Shown here one piece after another: positions 52,551-61,409 of a stretch of 64,000 nucleotides of DNA (position 1 is its first letter; each line of letters opens with the position of its first letter). The DNA comes from Pirellulales bacterium (lineage in GTDB: Bacteria; Planctomycetota; Planctomycetia; Pirellulales; JAGQOS01). The stretch lies in assembly GCA_028289525.1 (NCBI GenBank), contig JANQPJ010000187.1, forward strand, positions 2,928 to 66,927, in the 5' to 3' direction. A model generated the notes under the pieces. The model worked only from the letters and a program-made list of their open reading frames with translations. It did no database searches and was not told where the DNA came from. The translations under genes were made by a program, and so were the position numbers.

Positions 52551-53057
52551 TTAGTCGGGCCTGTAGTTGGGGTCTTCATCTTTTCGCGGTACTCTTGCAT
52601 CAGTAAAGTCGAATCGTGGAGCACAGCTCATGCAAACATTCCAGAGTCCGTCGGCAGACTGAATTTCAATTGGGAAAGTTCCCGTGAATGGTCCATACCT
52701 GACTTCCGCAATGACCATTTTCTGGCCGTGCTCTATCGCGTTTTGGCAAACGAAGCAGGCGAATGTAGCGGCTGTCTCCGGGATTCTGATTTCGAGTTGA
52801 GGAACGATTACGGCGAATGGGTCAAGGTCTGGCAAGCAACGTTGACAAAAGCTGTGATGGAAATACCAGGGGCCTGCTTCAGGTCCAGAGAGAGACTTGT
52901 GAATTATTTCGACTGTAGAGATACTTACGCTCACAATATCTTGGCCTTGACCGAAGGCCACACCACAGGCATAGCAACGAATTGGAAGGCCCAATTCGTT
53001 GCTATTTGGGACAAAGTAGAAGTCTTCGGGACGTTCTTGTTGAGACATAGTTATCAC
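52551..53057 (-). CDS. Cys-rich hypothetical protein (two CxxC...CxxC modules)
   Basis: 168 aa. CYACG...FCQRC and CFVCQ...VCMSC suggest two zinc-ribbon-like units. It is the last gene of the ArdC-headed minus-strand string. Confidence 0.5.
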   Translation of the reverse strand: MITMSQQERPEDFYFVPNSNELGLPIRCYACGVAFGQGQDIVSVSISTVEIIHKSLSGPEAGPWYFHHSFCQRCLPDLDPFAVIVPQLEIRIPETAATFACFVCQNAIEHGQKMVIAEVRYGPFTGTFPIEIQSADGLWNVCMSCAPRFDFTDARVPRKDEDPNYRPD

Positions 53058-53185
53058 GCTGAGAGCGGCACTGCTGAGGAGACTGCCGGAGCCGCTCGGC
53101 TCGTAGAGCCAATTGAGGTCGTCGCGGTGAAGTAATGTACCGCAAGGGCCATTGTAGAAAATAGGAGGTGCCTGGGCAAAGTGGC

Positions 53186-53365
53186 TCAGTCAAGAAAAAT
53201 GGATTCGCCGCAACCTGGGCAAGCACGCTTAGCTTGTTGTTCAAGGTATTCTTTGCGATAGCGGGCTTGGTTTTCTGCATCATTGAGAGAGGCCTGCTCG
53301 TCGACTGTCAATTCATCTTGCGTGGCTGATTTGTTCTTAGCTGTCTCGTTGGGTTCTGGTGTCAT
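53186..53365 (-). CDS. Small ORF (59 aa) below the ORF-track cutoff
   Basis: Hand translation: MTPEPNETAKNKSATQDELTVDEQASLNDAENQARYRKEYLEQQAKRACPGCGESIFLD*. It fills the gap between ardC and the Cys-rich gene on the same strand. Weak call. Confidence 0.35.
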   Translation of the reverse strand: MTPEPNETAKNKSATQDELTVDEQASLNDAENQARYRKEYLEQQAKRACPGCGESIFLD

Positions 53366-53428
53366 GCGGTTGTTCTCAAAGAAAATGGTCAGGACGTTTT
53401 GGTCCCGACCATCATTGTGGGCTTGAAA

Positions 53429-54994
53429 TCAAGTGGCTTCGGCAAGCTTCTTGATTCCCGAAATAATGCGAGCGGCTGTCTTCTGAATGAAGTCAAGTGA
53501 CTCTTGCAGGACTTCTGGATTACCACGATATAGACTGATGTAATCAGCAGAACGCTTTTTTGAATTGACGCCTATGGATTTTGACACGATGTACGCAACA
53601 GCTTCGGCTTCGGTTTCTCTGACGGTCTTGTCCGTGTCGTTTCTGCGTTCGCCGTGATGAAGCATTTCGTGGGCGTACTCGTGGGCCAGAACCGAGAATT
53701 TCTCTGGTTCTGGCAAGTCTGGACGTACTGTAATTGTTCCACCAGACGAAGTTCCTAGAGCACCTTGACCGGGGTGGTCGTAGACGAGTTCAATTCCATC
53801 TTTTTGGATAAGGTTTTCCAGGTGAGCAAGTGACTCACCTGGAGTTCCCGTGACTGGCGTGAACTCGGGAAGTTCTTCACCATCGGTTTGTGAAACGTCA
53901 AAGACTTTGACAAGACGAAAACCGGCAAGACGTTTACTTGCCTTCTCCTCAGATTTGTCACCTGACCTCTCGGCATCGTCGGTTCGCTTGACCATGAGGG
54001 GGGCAAAAATTGAGATTCCTTTCTCGCCCTTTCTTACATGGCGTTTCATCGACTTCCACTTACCGTAACCTGCGACGTGCGTAGCACCGGGCCGTTGCAG
54101 GTAAATCAGGATGCAATTCTGAAAAGAATAGTTGTGGAAGTTGGCAACAAAGTCGAGATAGCGAACAAGCGTCTCGCTCTTGCCAAGGCGAAGAGCTTCG
54201 TTTAATTCTTCAAGTCCCTTGGCCGCAAGCTCGGTTGCTTCCTTTCGTCGTTGCTCGGCAGCGGCTGACTTGTCCTCTGGTGGGGCTGTGCCATTGGATG
54301 GATTCGCTTTCGACTCTGCTGAACTGTCGCGGTTGCGATTGGAAATGTGGCCTGGGTCTACTCCGGTAATCGCTTTTATCCACTCGCGGACCACAAACGG
54401 GTCCGAAAGTCCGTCGTTACGTACTTCTCGAACGCGGTGGGCGGGTGTTTTCAGCTTTTCGGCAAGGTCGTCAATGGTGACGAAGTAGGCTCGCATGAGA
54501 ACTTGAATTTGCCGACCAGACATTGGAGCGGTAAAGCCCTTGGCTGGGGCGGCAGTCGGAAGCTGGTCTTCGGGTGCTGCGGGATAGACTTTCTCCTTCG
54601 CAATCCAAATGCCGCGTTCTCCTGGTTGAAGCTGAATGCAAACCGACCCTTTTTCAACGGATATGGCGACTACTTTGCCGACGTCAAACTTGTCATGGTC
54701 CTTCCAGATTCGGACGGTATCGCCACGCAAGATGATAAAGCGGTGGGGACCTTCCTTTGTCGATTCACCAACACGGTCGACTGTTGTGCCGTTCCGGTCA
54801 TGATTTGGCACAGGCCAAGCAGAGGGTGGTGTACCCTTGAAGTTTGTTTGTCTGTCAGAACGTACAAACTCAGGATTGGCGAGTGGCGAGAACTCTGAAA
54901 ATCCTTTGGGCATCCCAGCGTCTGCTGGGATGGCTTGGGAAGAGTCCGGCATTGTCGTTTGTGGGACGGAAGGGGAATGGATTAGGTCATTCAT
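53429..54994 (-). CDS. ardC: ArdC-type anti-restriction protein (ssDNA-binding N-domain + HExxH metalloprotease) with ~250-aa N-terminal extension
   Basis: AAGGAG RBS. YLDFVANFHNYSFQNCILIYLQRPGATHVAGYGKWKSMKRHVRKGEKGISIFAP is ArdC-N/DUF1738-like. FSVLAHEYAHEMLHH is the zincin motif. The N-terminal extension holds an SH3/KOW-like segment and an HTH-like segment. Confidence 0.8.
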   Translation of the reverse strand: MNDLIHSPSVPQTTMPDSSQAIPADAGMPKGFSEFSPLANPEFVRSDRQTNFKGTPPSAWPVPNHDRNGTTVDRVGESTKEGPHRFIILRGDTVRIWKDHDKFDVGKVVAISVEKGSVCIQLQPGERGIWIAKEKVYPAAPEDQLPTAAPAKGFTAPMSGRQIQVLMRAYFVTIDDLAEKLKTPAHRVREVRNDGLSDPFVVREWIKAITGVDPGHISNRNRDSSAESKANPSNGTAPPEDKSAAAEQRRKEATELAAKGLEELNEALRLGKSETLVRYLDFVANFHNYSFQNCILIYLQRPGATHVAGYGKWKSMKRHVRKGEKGISIFAPLMVKRTDDAERSGDKSEEKASKRLAGFRLVKVFDVSQTDGEELPEFTPVTGTPGESLAHLENLIQKDGIELVYDHPGQGALGTSSGGTITVRPDLPEPEKFSVLAHEYAHEMLHHGERRNDTDKTVRETEAEAVAYIVSKSIGVNSKKRSADYISLYRGNPEVLQESLDFIQKTAARIISGIKKLAEAT

Positions 54995-55060
54995 GAGTAG
55001 GCTCCTTAATTCGTATTGGTTTTGGAGGCAGAAGGCCTCGATTAGAAATGGATGAGGGGG

Positions 55061-55441
55061 CTAAGCTGCTTCAGACAACTTGTTGGCCAAGAACTCGTCC
55101 ATGATTGCTTTTCGATGTTCGATGAAGAGCCGAAGGTTGTCCGTCGCTTCGAGAATAAGTCCGAGGTCTTCTTTTGATTCTGGCGTGTCAGACTCGGCGG
55201 GTTCAGCGGAGCGAATTGTTTCGCTGTACCAGTAGAATGCGAGTAAGGCAGATAATGCCAATTGGACGAGGTCGACTCGATTGAATGAGGTTCCTTCGTT
55301 GAGTTTTCCCGAGGCCTTGTCCTGGTAGAGACACTTTGGAGTGAAGCTGTACCAAACGCCGTTCTCGCTTTGATTTGCCCAGGCGAGAACTTTCGCCCGT
55401 CCGCTGGAGAATTCAAGTGGTTTTTTCGTGTTGCTTTTCAT
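55061..55441 (-). CDS. Hypothetical protein (126 aa)
   Basis: Met 55441 with AAGGAAA upstream. No family recognised. Located upstream of ardC on the same strand. Confidence 0.5.
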   Translation of the reverse strand: MKSNTKKPLEFSSGRAKVLAWANQSENGVWYSFTPKCLYQDKASGKLNEGTSFNRVDLVQLALSALLAFYWYSETIRSAEPAESDTPESKEDLGLILEATDNLRLFIEHRKAIMDEFLANKLSEAA

Positions 55442-55589
55442 GGGGGTTTCCTTTGTTGATTTCCGTCGATGGACGGATGGGCGAATGCCCGGTAAATAGT
55501 GGCGAAAGAATTGTCGCCGAAAGAAGTTGCGAGCAAAGGCATTGCTCGCGGATGTCATCGTTATGATGACGGTGAATGCTTGTGTTGCA

Positions 55590-56663
55590 TTACTGCCATT
55601 CTTTTTTTGGCGGATGCGATAATTCCCCTAGCGGCAATGGTTTTTGGGGAGACCGCAACCGCCGAAACTCATCATCAAAACGCACGAGAGTGTGATGCTG
55701 CTCGCAAGACGTGCATGCAGCAAGTGCATGAAGGTGGCTTGCAAGTGAGGACATATCTGCTCGCATAATTGACGTACTCCCAGTCTTATGCTGACTGAGA
55801 ATGTCGGAGTGAAGAATCAGCAATTGTTGGTAGGGATTTTCAAAGACCCTTGACGGGTCTGTGTCAGGAAGAAGAGCAGCAAAAAGTATCAGCTCCTTTA
55901 GAAACTGCAAGAGGTCGGAAATTGGGGAGCGGAGTCCCTCAACTTCAGCCAAGATAGAACGAAGGACTGTGGCGTGTTCCGGGTCAGCAAATTCGATGAT
56001 GTTGGACAATAGCTCGCTGACATCGGTAAGAACCTGCTGCCGATGGCGGTTCTTATCGCCACTCGGTGGCGTTGGAGCAAAACGGTGTAGAGCATTTCGA
56101 ATTTGGATGGCCAACGGATGAGCAGAAATCAATTGCTCGGTGCATTCGTAGAGCCTATCAAGCTGCGGCCAGTCTTCATGACGGGCGACATCGGAAAGTG
56201 CCATGAGACGGAGTGCGAGTCGCGTAATCACTTGTGATGGCAAAGGGAGGGGAGACTTAGGGGGGTTCGTGGATGTGTCATCTAGCCCTGCGTCCTGACG
56301 TGCTTCAACGAGCAGCATGATGCGTATGTTTGGATTTGCCTCTTGGGGGACTCCATGGATTTGAGCTTTTAGTGCCACTCGTGGCACCCAGAGGGAAGGC
56401 AATGCAACCTCCCAGGAAACTTCTTGGATAATCGAATGTCGTGCCGTTGCAACACGGGATTTTAAGTCCTTGAGAATCGTTCGAAGGAATAGATGCGGGT
56501 CAGGGTCCGTGCAGCCTGGATAATGCCAGAGAACAGTTGTCCAAAGTAGCTTGGAGACGGTGACAGAAGCTCTGTAGCCAAGGGCCGATGCTTCGTCAGT
56601 TACATCAACGACTTGATGGTCGTGATGTGGATGACAGATTTTCTTGGATGGTGATGCAAACAT
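55590..56663 (-). CDS. Hypothetical protein (357 aa)
   Basis: Met 56663 with GGAGGA 5 nt upstream. The N-terminal VVDVTDEASALGY...VTVSKLLW resembles the motif of the 57161 protein. The rest is helical and unknown. Confidence 0.55.
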   Translation of the reverse strand: MFASPSKKICHPHHDHQVVDVTDEASALGYRASVTVSKLLWTTVLWHYPGCTDPDPHLFLRTILKDLKSRVATARHSIIQEVSWEVALPSLWVPRVALKAQIHGVPQEANPNIRIMLLVEARQDAGLDDTSTNPPKSPLPLPSQVITRLALRLMALSDVARHEDWPQLDRLYECTEQLISAHPLAIQIRNALHRFAPTPPSGDKNRHRQQVLTDVSELLSNIIEFADPEHATVLRSILAEVEGLRSPISDLLQFLKELILFAALLPDTDPSRVFENPYQQLLILHSDILSQHKTGSTSIMRADMSSLASHLHALAACTSCEQHHTLVRFDDEFRRLRSPQKPLPLGELSHPPKKEWQ

Positions 56664-57160
56664 ATTCCTCCGTAAGAGTAAGGCGATGAAATGAGTCTCC
56701 GGTTGCAAGCTCCTTAAAAACCCTGAAGGGCCCAAAGAACCTGGCAATTGAGCGGTCGACAGGGACGTCGCGGGTTCAAGAAAAACCTCAATCAGAACCA
56801 AAGCCTTGTACGGGGCGTTGGAGCATGCACCGGAACTCGAAGGCGAACGCAGCGGGGCGTGTGCTTTCCAATTCCGGACCTACGTTGTACATGGATTGCG
56901 ACACTTAGAGCTGGTGTGAGCCAGCAGTCGCAAGAGACGGAACGTCTCCACTCAGATTACGCAAGCGTTATGGCAAGAGTTTGTGGGATGTTGCATAAGA
57001 CGAGTGTTTTTCTTGGCGTCACCATTGGTAATCGTCAACGAATCTCTCAGTTGCGTTACGGACTTTTGTTTCGTGCATTTGCGAAAACAAAAGCCGCCTC
57101 GCATCGAAGCTGTTGTTTCTGGTGAGTTTCGATGGGTGGCGTAACAAGGAGAACTCGCTC

Positions 57161-57607
57161 ATGAATCCAGCACTTAAGAAAAATCGTACTTACGACCTTT
57201 CGGCAACTGAATTTGTCGGAGGAGCTACGGAATACTCATTCGAAGAAGCACTGGCAAGAGGCCGCATCATTGATGTTACGTGTTGGGTCGTCTCTGAAAT
57301 GGGATTTGCTGGACCAAACATTCGCGTTCACGTGGCAATTACCGCAAGACTTTGGAATCGAATGCTCCAGATAGCAACAAGGATGAGTCGCTTTCAGACA
57401 GTAGTTGGCAGAAGAAATGATGTTCTTTGGCTTGCAGCCTACGCGATGGAGCAGGCGAAAAAGTTCGGGCGTGAAGCAGCTACATTCGATGCGTTGCTGC
57501 CAACGGATGATGGCGACGATGCCGCGATTGAGCGTTTGCGAGTCGCGAAGAATCAAACACGTAGCGACCGGACGGTCGTGACGATAGGGTTCGTGGACGA
57601 AACTTGA
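57161..57607 (+). CDS. DUF6573-like small plasmid/ICE protein
   Basis: Met 57161 with AAGGAGA upstream. SFEEALARGRIIDVTCWVVSEMGFAGPNIRVHVAITARLW resembles the (I/V)DVT..A.E.GF...VA(I/V)T..(V/L)W family often found near ardC. This is from memory and the DUF number is not verified. Confidence 0.55.
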   Translation: MNPALKKNRTYDLSATEFVGGATEYSFEEALARGRIIDVTCWVVSEMGFAGPNIRVHVAITARLWNRMLQIATRMSRFQTVVGRRNDVLWLAAYAMEQAKKFGREAATFDALLPTDDGDDAAIERLRVAKNQTRSDRTVVTIGFVDET

Positions 57608-57775
57608 CGCAGATATTATAGGTGTGTATTCTAGGTCAAATGGGGCATGTCTGTATGGGTTAAGGTCCTCTTTCCGTTGCCAACTTTCTCGCAAGTGTCC
57701 ACAGGACAGACGAAAGGTCTGTCGCCGCAGGCTTTTTCCTGTCCTGAGGTACTCGCTTGAAGAAGGAGGTTCGTA

Positions 57776-58036
57776 ATGGATAAGAGCAACAATAAGTTGC
57801 CCGAGGTTTTGCAGGAAGCGAGAATTCAACTCAATAGGGTATTCTATGGTTTATTGTCTGTCGTTGTCTTATTGACATCGACGCAGGTTGCCCAGACCTA
57901 CGCTTCACCGCTGACAGTCGTAATAATGATTGGAGTAGGAGGTTTCGCCTGTTGTGTAATGAGTAAATCGGTACGCAACACGTACAAAACTCTTGAAGAG
58001 CTAGGCGATGATGCAACTGCGTCTATGAAAAGTTAA
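57776..58036 (+). CDS. Small two-TM membrane protein
   Basis: 86 aa. Strong RBS GAAGGAGG. Hydrophobic segments VFYGLLSVVVLLTS and LTVVIMIGVGGFACCVM. Confidence 0.6.
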   Translation: MDKSNNKLPEVLQEARIQLNRVFYGLLSVVVLLTSTQVAQTYASPLTVVIMIGVGGFACCVMSKSVRNTYKTLEELGDDATASMKS

Positions 58037-58143
58037 AGGCTCTAACGCTAAGGATGAACGGGACGGATTTGGCGGACATGCCCCGTACCTGTTATCGCTT
58101 TTTTCGTGGGTTCCGCCGATTCTCTGCAAGAAGGAGTTTCTCG

Positions 58144-58755
58144 ATGTCGAAGCTCGGCGAAAATTTTCCCCTCATCGCATGTTTAGTTGCCGGCTTGGGG
58201 GTTGGTTGGGGTGCATGTGAAGGCCTAAGAGTTAAACCCAAGTCTGACAGCATAGACTTGCTTCACATCAAGCTTGATGCTGAGAAAGACAAAGCCGCAG
58301 AGTGGAAGAAGAAATTTGATAATTGCACGAAACCAGTCGAGCCACGCCAGCTAAGTGTTCTTCCGCCGATTTTCGACCGTTCGGTGAATTACTTTGCTAA
58401 GCCGGAAAGTAAGCATCCGCGTTGGCTTCAAGCAATCGCCATAACTCAGAATCCAGGGCTTGCCGTTCTTGCATCCACTGCTTTGGAAGAGAACTATAGT
58501 CGAGGGTGGGTCAGGCTAACGGCGAGCGGTGAGGGAGATGCAAGCAATGCCATTGGGCTTCTTGTTGTGCATGAAAAAGGCAGGAAGAGTTTCGAGTACT
58601 TGGAGCCCGCAACGAACTCAAGGTCTGGTTTGATTGTTGCCGTTCCTGAGACGAGCAAGGGAGACGAGTTGCTTTTTATTGCATCCACAAAGATTCGTCT
58701 TAAAGAAGACGAACTACGACAGTCGTTTCTCATTGAAAGGGTTGACGGGCCATGA
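58144..58755 (+). CDS. Membrane-anchored hypothetical protein
   Basis: 203 aa from Met 58144 (AAGGAG upstream). N-terminal anchor FPLIACLVAGLGVGWGA. Its stop overlaps the next start (ATGA). Confidence 0.55.
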   Translation: MSKLGENFPLIACLVAGLGVGWGACEGLRVKPKSDSIDLLHIKLDAEKDKAAEWKKKFDNCTKPVEPRQLSVLPPIFDRSVNYFAKPESKHPRWLQAIAITQNPGLAVLASTALEENYSRGWVRLTASGEGDASNAIGLLVVHEKGRKSFEYLEPATNSRSGLIVAVPETSKGDELLFIASTKIRLKEDELRQSFLIERVDGP

Positions 58756-59177
58756 ACAAGAGTCTTGCTACATCTCTCGTCGTGTTGTACCTCTTTACAT
58801 CGAACGCCGCATTCTCGCAGGACCCTCGACCTCTGGCACAGCAAAACGGCAATGACATCGTTGACGGTTGGTTGGTCGACTCGGACGGAGAGGGAGTTGC
58901 TGGACTCCGGGTTGAAGTCCAAGCAGTTGGACAAGAGCCTGTCGCTACGACTACTTCAGCGACGGGTTGGTACAGCCTTAAGCGGAACAGTAAAGCTACG
59001 TATCGCATTTTCTTCGTTGATGCGAAGCGGCAAACCTACGACCCTACCGTCATGGGTGAGTTTGCGGGAAATAAACGGTCTCGTGTTTCTGTCGTCATGT
59101 ATAAGGCGGGAGAAACGCGACCAGCTACGGCCAACGCGATGACAAAGCTTGCCAAGAAGCTGTTGGCGGAAAACTGA
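58752..59177 (+). CDS. Secreted protein with carboxypeptidase-regulatory-like (beta-sandwich) domain
   Basis: Signal peptide MNKSLATSLVVLYLFTSNAAFSQ. The pattern GWLVDSDGEGVAGLRVEVQ...TTSATGWYSL is typical of CarboxypepD_reg-like domains. Confidence 0.6.
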   Translation: MNKSLATSLVVLYLFTSNAAFSQDPRPLAQQNGNDIVDGWLVDSDGEGVAGLRVEVQAVGQEPVATTTSATGWYSLKRNSKATYRIFFVDAKRQTYDPTVMGEFAGNKRSRVSVVMYKAGETRPATANAMTKLAKKLLAEN

Positions 59178-59236
59178 CGATTCGGACATAGTAGTAGATT
59201 TCTATGTACTTTTATTTGTGGAGTGAATTCAGTTCC

Positions 59237-59527
59237 CTATTTGAAAATTAGGCGAATGTCGCGGGCACCGTCGAGAATTCGGTGAACTTCAACGACATCA
59301 GCGACAACGCGATAGAAGATTATCCAACGGTCGACCGGAAAGGAACGATATTCTCCGAGGATATCTCTACGCACTTTGCCGAGTTCAGGTAAAGAAGCAA
59401 TTCGCGCGCAGGAGTCACGAAGTCGTTGAACGACCTTCTTGGCAGTGAGCGGTCGATGTTCAGCTATGTGGTCAAGAATGCAGTTAAGGTCTGCCTTAGC
59501 AAGCAGCGTATAACGCAACCTAGCCAT
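59237..59527 (-). CDS. ParE/RelE-family toxin
   Basis: 96 aa. AKADLNCILDHIAEHRPLTAKKVVQRL...YRSFPVDRWIIFYRVVADVVEVHRILDGARD is the classical ParE pattern. It overlaps the upstream antitoxin gene by 8 nt. Confidence 0.85.
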   Translation of the reverse strand: MARLRYTLLAKADLNCILDHIAEHRPLTAKKVVQRLRDSCARIASLPELGKVRRDILGEYRSFPVDRWIIFYRVVADVVEVHRILDGARDIRLIFK

Positions 59528-59807
59528 TCTCGGTGGCCGCTACCTCTATCTCGGCAGCCCTTTTTTCGAGTTCTTGAAACACTTCTTCGTGAGAACAGAA
59601 TTCGCCGCGTTCGGCACAGTCCATAGCGGACTGAAGTTCGGGAGGCAGTTGGTTACCGGCCACTGATGAATGAGTATCAGCTTGGCAGTGCCGTGCAACA
59701 GCTTCCCTAAAAAGTTGTCGCCACGGTTGGCCGGTTGCAGCTTCCCCTTCGGCCAAGAGGTCTAGGTCGTCATCGGTAATCGTTATTTTCTTGGTATCAG
59801 ATGCCAT
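59520..59807 (-). CDS. Putative antitoxin of the ParE toxin
   Basis: 95 aa from Met 59807. Position and overlap with the toxin support the call. Confidence 0.6.
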   Translation of the reverse strand: MASDTKKITITDDDLDLLAEGEAATGQPWRQLFREAVARHCQADTHSSVAGNQLPPELQSAMDCAERGEFCSHEEVFQELEKRAAEIEVAATENG

Positions 59808-60036
59808 GCCTTGATAGTAGCACGATTTGGCATGAAAAGGCCAGCGCAGCAAGAATCAAGTTGGGAAGTAGCTACCTGCTCATATTTTCTGGTACAAGTA
59901 TGTCTGCCGTCACGCCTCGCCCAGCTCTGGGCGTGGCGGTAGACATGCTGACTGCCAGAAACGCCTTACCTGGAGCAAATTGAAACTCGGGTCCTAACTT
60001 GCTTCTCTTCACAAGGCGGTTCTCCTACCCCAATGC

Positions 60037-60264
60037 TCAAGGCGGCAGTCCCATGGTTGCTGTGGCACACTTGCCATCGACGCGGTTCCAATTAGAAGTG
60101 TTGTTACCACCGATAACCGCACCAGTTTGGCAGAACTTTTCAGCAGCCGAGTGTCCTATGTTGCCCAATGAGGGAATAGCCATGAGGGCCACTAGAGCAA
60201 GAATTAGAGCCATTTCTACAATGGACGTTCCCGCTTCACGAGAACGTTTGCGTTCGTATCTCAT
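60037..60264 (-). CDS. Flp/Fap-type (type IVb) pilin-like protein
   Basis: Met 60264 with GGAGG upstream. MRYERKRSREAGTSIVEMALILALVALMAIPSL matches the Flp prepilin pattern (G/xxxxEY-type cleavage region followed by a hydrophobic helix). Confidence 0.6.
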   Translation of the reverse strand: MRYERKRSREAGTSIVEMALILALVALMAIPSLGNIGHSAAEKFCQTGAVIGGNNTSNWNRVDGKCATATMGLPP

Positions 60265-60322
60265 TTTGCCTCCAATCAATGTTGGAGAGAGTGTCGGCGT
60301 TTACCCTACAACACTTGAGGGT

Positions 60323-61114
60323 TCACCGCACTCTTTTTCGCCATGTTCGACCCAAGAGAACAGGCAGAGCAGCAATGAAGTAGACAATCGCCGATGGCTC
60401 AGGGACTGTTGAGACACTAAGACCCGATAGCGTTATTGCCCATGTGCGAGTTGTCGCGGGGGGCGTTCCGAAGGCGTAGCCCTGCGGGAATCCGAAATCG
60501 TCGGAACTCCAAACACCTGGAGGTGTGAGAACATCTGAAGTCACCACACCTGGAATTCCATCAATAGAATTATTTTCTGACTGAAGTGCAAAGACCCAAT
60601 CATCCTGAGCAAGAGCAGCGTCGAACGCAGTCACTGTAGAGAGGTCCCAACGAAAATCGTAGAGGTCGACACCGGCGATGTTACTGCCGCCGGTTGCGAA
60701 AACAGCGGCAGGAAGTACATCGTCACCCACTGCTTGAAAAGTAGCGTTGTATGGCTGGCCGATGACAGCGGAAAATTCTGGTGAGCCCCCCGCAAGGTAC
60801 GTGTCTAAATGAAACAGTCGAGCCGTCCAACTGTATTCGGTAAAATCGATGTCATCGAGTGGAGGGGGTCCGCCTTCGGTGGCGAAGACGATAGCTCGAA
60901 GATGCGTTAGACGAGTGTCACCATCGAGACTGACTTGGATGCCGGGCAAACCTGCGTTAAACGTAAGCAGGGATTGTGCGGAGCTTCCACCATTGCCGTC
61001 AACAGGTGAATTGTCCAGCCCGATAGTGTCACCACCAATGATGAAGTCGGCGAAGGCAATTCGACACGAAGAAGTGCAGAGGAACACAAGAAATAACGGC
61101 AGGATTCGTAGCAT
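60323..61114 (-). CDS. PEP-CTERM sorting-domain protein
   Basis: Met 61114 (GGGAGG upstream) gives the signal peptide MLRILPLFLVFLCTSSCRIAFA. The C-terminus VPEPSAIVYFIAALPVLLGRTWRKRVR is PEP, then a TM segment, then a basic tail. Confidence 0.8.
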   Translation of the reverse strand: MLRILPLFLVFLCTSSCRIAFADFIIGGDTIGLDNSPVDGNGGSSAQSLLTFNAGLPGIQVSLDGDTRLTHLRAIVFATEGGPPPLDDIDFTEYSWTARLFHLDTYLAGGSPEFSAVIGQPYNATFQAVGDDVLPAAVFATGGSNIAGVDLYDFRWDLSTVTAFDAALAQDDWVFALQSENNSIDGIPGVVTSDVLTPPGVWSSDDFGFPQGYAFGTPPATTRTWAITLSGLSVSTVPEPSAIVYFIAALPVLLGRTWRKRVR

Positions 61115-61409
61115 GGCAGCCTCCCGAAAAAAGGGAGCATCGAACACCCGACTGCCACCGGAAGCCCCGCAACGGGCTGCACGAAACAGACCGCGAGCCG
61201 ACGCTCCCCGTACGGAGAGCGAGCCACGGCACAAGTTTCGTGCTCAAGGGCAAAGAAGCCCTGGAAATGTTGCGGTATTTCCGGTGAACGTGTGCTTAGA
61301 CGCTGATTGAATTGTCTAGGCTTGAATTCTAGATGATGCCTGCTCTTGGTTCAAGCATATTCCCAACAGGAGCGGAAATGAGCATCACGTGTCGGTAGTC
61401 GACGATAAT

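Noticed and set aside
57236-57829. 197-aa minus-strand ORF
   Set aside because: It is antisense to the 57161-57607 gene, which has a strong RBS and a recognisable motif.
59999-60412. 137-aa plus-strand ORF
   Set aside because: It overlaps, in antisense, the Flp-like pilin gene and the 3' end of the PEP-CTERM gene. It has no RBS.
61115-61234. 40-codon upstream extension of the PEP-CTERM ORF
   Set aside because: The extension is Arg/Gly/Ala-rich. Met 61114 has a GGGAGG RBS and begins a typical signal peptide.
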